DNA of 64,000 nucleotides from Escherichia coli (GTDB lineage Bacteria; Pseudomonadota; Gammaproteobacteria; Enterobacterales; Enterobacteriaceae): NCBI RefSeq assembly GCF_016903815.1, contig NZ_CP069973.1; one strand, 5' to 3'. Shown piece by piece: positions 60,671 to 64,000 of this stretch (position 1 is its first letter; each line of letters starts with the position of its first letter). The notes under the pieces were generated by a model. It saw only the letters and a program-made list of their open reading frames with translations, ran no database searches and was not told where the DNA came from. The position numbers and the translations under genes were made by a program.

Positions 60671-61219
60671 ATGATTCGGCAACGTCGTCGTGCGTTAACG
60701 CCGGAACAACAGCAGGAAATGGGTCAACAAGCCGCTACCCGGATGATGACTTATCCCCCGGTGGTGATGGCACATACGGTCGCTGTATTCCTCTCTTTTG
60801 ATGGCGAACTCGACACCCAGCCACTCATAGAACAACTCTGGCGCGCCGGTAAGCGCGTATATCTTCCAGTTTTGCATCCCTTTAGTGCCGGTAATTTGCT
60901 GTTCCTGAATTACCATCCGCAAAGCGAACTGGTGATGAACAGGTTGAAGATCCATGAGCCAAAATTGGATGTGCGTGACGTGCTCCCCCTTTCCCGATTA
61001 GACGTCCTGATCACCCCCCTGGTCGCCTTTGATGAGTACGGTCAGCGCCTGGGAATGGGCGGAGGTTTTTATGATCGGACCTTACAAAACTGGCAGCACT
61101 ATAAAATGCAACCGGTGGGTTATGCGCATGATTGTCAGTTGGTGGAAAAACTCCCCGTTGAAGAGTGGGATATCCCACTGCCTGCGGTGGTTACACCGTC
61201 GAAAGTCTGGGAGTGGTAA
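60671..61219 (+). CDS. fau: 5-formyltetrahydrofolate cyclo-ligase
   Basis: Start MIRQRRRALTPEQQQEMGQQAATRMMTYPPVVMAHTVAVFLSF gives 182 aa. The track ORF (60473) and an alternative ATG at 60617 extend into the 6S RNA region. The start is uncertain. Confidence 0.85.
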   Translation: MIRQRRRALTPEQQQEMGQQAATRMMTYPPVVMAHTVAVFLSFDGELDTQPLIEQLWRAGKRVYLPVLHPFSAGNLLFLNYHPQSELVMNRLKIHEPKLDVRDVLPLSRLDVLITPLVAFDEYGQRLGMGGGFYDRTLQNWQHYKMQPVGYAHDCQLVEKLPVEEWDIPLPAVVTPSKVWEW

Positions 61220-61254
61220 GGGCGACACACCTGCATCGCCCTGATTGACATCGT

Positions 61255-61410
61255 TGATTCTTTGACCTAATTTAGTGAGTAAGGGTAAGGGAGGATTGCT
61301 CCTCCCCTGAGACTGACTGTTAATAAGCGCTGAAACTTATGAGTAACAGTACAATCAGTATGATGACAAGTCGCATCATAACCCTTCTCCTTCAAGCCCT
61401 CGCTTCGGTG
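61255..61410 (+). ncRNA. sibC: SibC antisense small RNA (type I antitoxin), approximate boundaries
   Basis: + strand transcript region fully overlapping ibsC, with hairpins agggaggattgctcctcccct and agccctcgcttcggtgagggct. The boundaries are estimated, not mapped. Confidence 0.55.
61320..61379 (-). CDS. ibsC: Type I toxin IbsC (19-aa hydrophobic peptide)
   Basis: The minus strand ATGATGCGACTTGTCATCATACTGATTGTACTGTTACTCATAAGTTTCAGCGCTTATTAA translates to MMRLVIILIVLLLISFSAY. It is too short for the ORF track. Confidence 0.8.
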   Translation of the reverse strand: MMRLVIILIVLLLISFSAY

Positions 61411-61552
61411 AGGGCTTTACCGTTACAGCCCCATGCTGCCCTGCCATCGTAAATCCCCATTAAATAAACACAACGCATTGATCTGACTTTGATTTATTTT
61501 CTGGAGCAGACTCGCAAAGTAGAATGCGCAACGCGGCAACGGTGTGGAGAAG

Positions 61553-61586
61553 GGATAAAAAAACGGGCAAGTCAGTGACCTGCCCG
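61553..61586 (-). terminator. Rho-independent terminator of serA
   Basis: Hairpin cgggcaagtcagtgacctgcccg preceded on the + strand by an 8-nt A-run, which is a U-run on the minus-strand transcript, about 20 nt 3' of the serA stop. Confidence 0.7.
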
Positions 61587-61607
61587 TTGATTTTCAGAGA
61601 AGGGGAA

Positions 61608-62840
61608 TTAGTACAGCAGACGGGCGCGAATGGTACCCGGAATAGCTTTCATTGCCTGCAGCGCTTTTTCGGCAACGTCTTCGTCGGCTTCAATATCAAT
61701 AACTACATAACCCATCTGGGCGGAAGTTTGCAGATATTGCGCGGCGATGTTGACGCCCTGCTCGGCAAAAATTTTGTTGAGCGCAGTTAGCACGCCCGGA
61801 CGGTTTTCGTGGATGTGCATCAGACGACGCCCACCGTGCAGTGGCAGCGAGACTTCCGGGAAGTTCACCGCAGAGAGCGTTGAGCCATTGTCAGAATACT
61901 TGATCAATTTACCCGCAACTTCCAGGCCGATATTCTCCTGCGCTTCCTGAGTCGAACCGCCAATGTGTGGCGTCAGAAGGACGTTGTCGAATTCACACAG
62001 CGGAGAGGTAAATGGATCGCTATTGGTCGCCGGTTCCGTCGGGAATACGTCGATTGCCGCCCCCGCCAGATGTTTGCTCGCCAGCGCATCACACAGCGCC
62101 GGAATATCCACCACAGTACCGCGCGAAGCATTAATCAGCAGCGAGCCGGGCTTCATTAGTGAAATTTCTTTCGCGCCCATCATATTTTTGGTGGACGGAT
62201 TCTCTGGTACATGCAGACTCACCACATCGCTCATATTCAGCAGGTCAGAAAGATGCTGTACCTGAGTGGCGTTGCCCAGCGGCAGTTTATTTTCAATATC
62301 ATAAAAGTAAACATACATTCCCAGCGATTCAGCCAGAATGCCCAATTGCGTACCAATATGACCGTAGCCGATGATACCCAGCTTTTTGCCGCGCGCTTCA
62401 AAAGAACCCGCCGCCAGTTTGTTCCACACGCCACGGTGCGCTTTAGCATTGGCTTCCGGCACGCCGCGCAATAGCAGCAGCAGTTCGCCAATCACCAGCT
62501 CCGCAACAGAGCGCGTATTTGAGAACGGTGCGTTAAATACCGGGATCCCGCGCTTTGCCGCCGCATCCAGATCAACCTGGTTTGTTCCGATACAGAAACA
62601 GCCAATAGCGACCAGTTTTTCTGCGGCGTTGATCACGTCTTCAGTCAGATGGGTACGGGATCGCAGGCCGATGAAGTGGGCATCGCGGATGGATTCTTTT
62701 AATTGTTCATCATCCAGCGCGCCTTTGTGAAATTCGATGTTGGTGTAACCAGCTGCACGAAGGCTTTCCAGCGCCTTTTGGTGCACGCCTTCTACCAGCA
62801 GAAACTTAATCTTGTCTTTCTCCAGCGATACCTTTGCCAT
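61608..62840 (-). CDS. serA: D-3-phosphoglycerate dehydrogenase
   Basis: 410-aa ORF; MAKVSLEKDKIKFLLVEGVHQKALESLRAAGYTNIEFHKGALDDEQLKESIRDAHFIGLRSRTHL. Confidence 0.94.
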   Translation of the reverse strand: MAKVSLEKDKIKFLLVEGVHQKALESLRAAGYTNIEFHKGALDDEQLKESIRDAHFIGLRSRTHLTEDVINAAEKLVAIGCFCIGTNQVDLDAAAKRGIPVFNAPFSNTRSVAELVIGELLLLLRGVPEANAKAHRGVWNKLAAGSFEARGKKLGIIGYGHIGTQLGILAESLGMYVYFYDIENKLPLGNATQVQHLSDLLNMSDVVSLHVPENPSTKNMMGAKEISLMKPGSLLINASRGTVVDIPALCDALASKHLAGAAIDVFPTEPATNSDPFTSPLCEFDNVLLTPHIGGSTQEAQENIGLEVAGKLIKYSDNGSTLSAVNFPEVSLPLHGGRRLMHIHENRPGVLTALNKIFAEQGVNIAAQYLQTSAQMGYVVIDIEADEDVAEKALQAMKAIPGTIRARLLY

Positions 62841-63095
62841 TTACCCAATCCTGTCTTTTGAAATGTTGTGTGCGGATTTGCGTCCGCCTTTCAACATATC
62901 AAAAAATAATATTGCGGCAATATGAACGTTTGCGTCGCGATGTTGAGGAAATATCACGCAAAGGTAATTCTTGGATGAATATGCTGGTTTAGAAGATTTA
63001 TTTAGAGCAATCGACAATAGCCAGGTAAAAACGTGACACATGTCACCAAATTTAATGAAGAGAATTTTTTTAACGGGGGAGGTTCCCCCGTCAGA

Positions 63096-63755
63096 TCATT
63101 TCACAATGGTTTTGACACCGTCAGGTGTGCCAATCAGCGCAACGTCCGCGCCACGGTTAGCAAACAAGCCAACAGTCACCACGCCAGGAATCGCATTTAT
63201 GGCGTTTTCCATCGCTATCGGGTCAAGGATTTCCATGCCGTGGACGTCGAGGATCACGTTGCCATTATCGGTCACCACGCCCTGACGGTATTCCGGACGA
63301 CCGCCCAGTTTCACCAGCTGGCGCGCCACTGCACTACGTGCCATCGGGATAACTTCTACTGGCAGCGGGAATTTACCCAGAATATCAACCTGCTTGGAAG
63401 CGTCTGCAATACAGATAAATTTTTCTGCAACCGAAGCAATGATTTTTTCACGGGTCAGCGCCGCGCCGCCGCCTTTGATCATTTGCATGTGGCCGTTGAT
63501 TTCATCTGCGCCATCAACGTAGATGCCAAGGCTGTCGACTTCGTTGAGATCAAAAACGTGAATGCCGAGGCTTTTCAGTTTTTCAGTGGAAGCATCTGAA
63601 CTGGAAACGGCCCCTTCAATCTGGCCTTTCATTGTACCGAGCGCGTCAATAAAGTGTGCGGCGGTGGAACCTGTACCTACACCAACAATGGTGCCGGGCT
63701 GAACATACTGAAGTGCCGCCCATCCTACTGCTTTTTTCAATTCATCCTGCGTCAT
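63096..63755 (-). CDS. rpiA: Ribose-5-phosphate isomerase A
   Basis: Start [40 protein letters not shown] gives 219 aa. The 24-codon upstream extension is rejected. Confidence 0.93.
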
Positions 63756-63810
63756 GATCGTTTCGCCTGTGGTATGAAATTTCACACGCATTATATACAA
63801 AAAAAGCGAT

Positions 63811-64000
63811 TCAGACCCCGTTGGCAAGCCGCGTGGTTAACTCATCCATAAAATATCGCGCAATGGCAGGCATCCCCTTTCGCCCCGCAAATAAGGCATG
63901 CAACAATCTGGGTATGCCGCTCCACGGAGCAAACAGGCGCACCAGTTCACCGTTCACAAGCCCCTGTTTACAGGCAAATTGAGGCAATAACGCCACGCCA
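63811..64000 (-). pseudogene. C-terminal part of a LysR-family regulator-like ORF (partial at the window edge; possibly the yqfE remnant)
   Basis: 61-aa C-terminal fragment (...[46 protein letters not shown]) resembling the effector-domain tail of LysR-type regulators. The gene continues beyond the window. Confidence 0.35.

Overview
This window reads as a conserved Escherichia coli / Shigella-type chromosomal segment, in the order ptrA(partial)-recC-ppdCBA/ygdB-thyA-lgt-ptsP-rppH | mutH-ygdQ-ygdR-tas | lplT-aas | omrA-omrB | galR | lysA-lysR | ygeA-araE-kduD-kduI-yqeF-yqeG-yqeH | glyU-ygeR | uacT-idi | lysS-prfB-recJ-dsbC-xerD | fldB | cptA-sdhE | ygfZ-yqfA-yqfB-bglA-ygfF | gcvP-gcvH-gcvT | ubiI-ubiH-pepP-ygfB | zapA-ssrS-fau | sibC/ibsC | serA-rpiA. 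Gene names are assigned by recognising the translated ORFs and their synteny from memory; no database search was possible. I did not find a convincing novel system: almost every sizeable ORF is a recognisable housekeeping gene. The most notable features are two insertion sequences that sit at the edges of apparent deletions relative to the E. coli K-12 layout. An IS3 copy (31830..33087) clips the 3' end of yqeH and abuts an orphan gene fragment next to tRNA-Gly (glyU), so the ETT2 island normally at this tRNA is reduced to a remnant. An IS1 copy (34879..35646) lies between ygeR and uacT, where K-12 carries the roughly 30 kb xdh-ygfT purine-catabolism block. Neither IS has target-site duplications, and the IS3 transposase ORF reads through its expected stop. 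Other features worth noting are the DnaA-box cluster between rppH and mutH (matching the DARS2 locus), the ibsC/sibC and cptA/sdhE toxin-antitoxin pairs, the prfB programmed frameshift, the paired OmrA/OmrB sRNAs, 6S RNA, and GC-rich palindromic repeats on both sides of gcvP. Coordinates taken from the ORF track are exact; those read by hand (RNAs, IS ends, terminators, repeats) may be off by a base or two.
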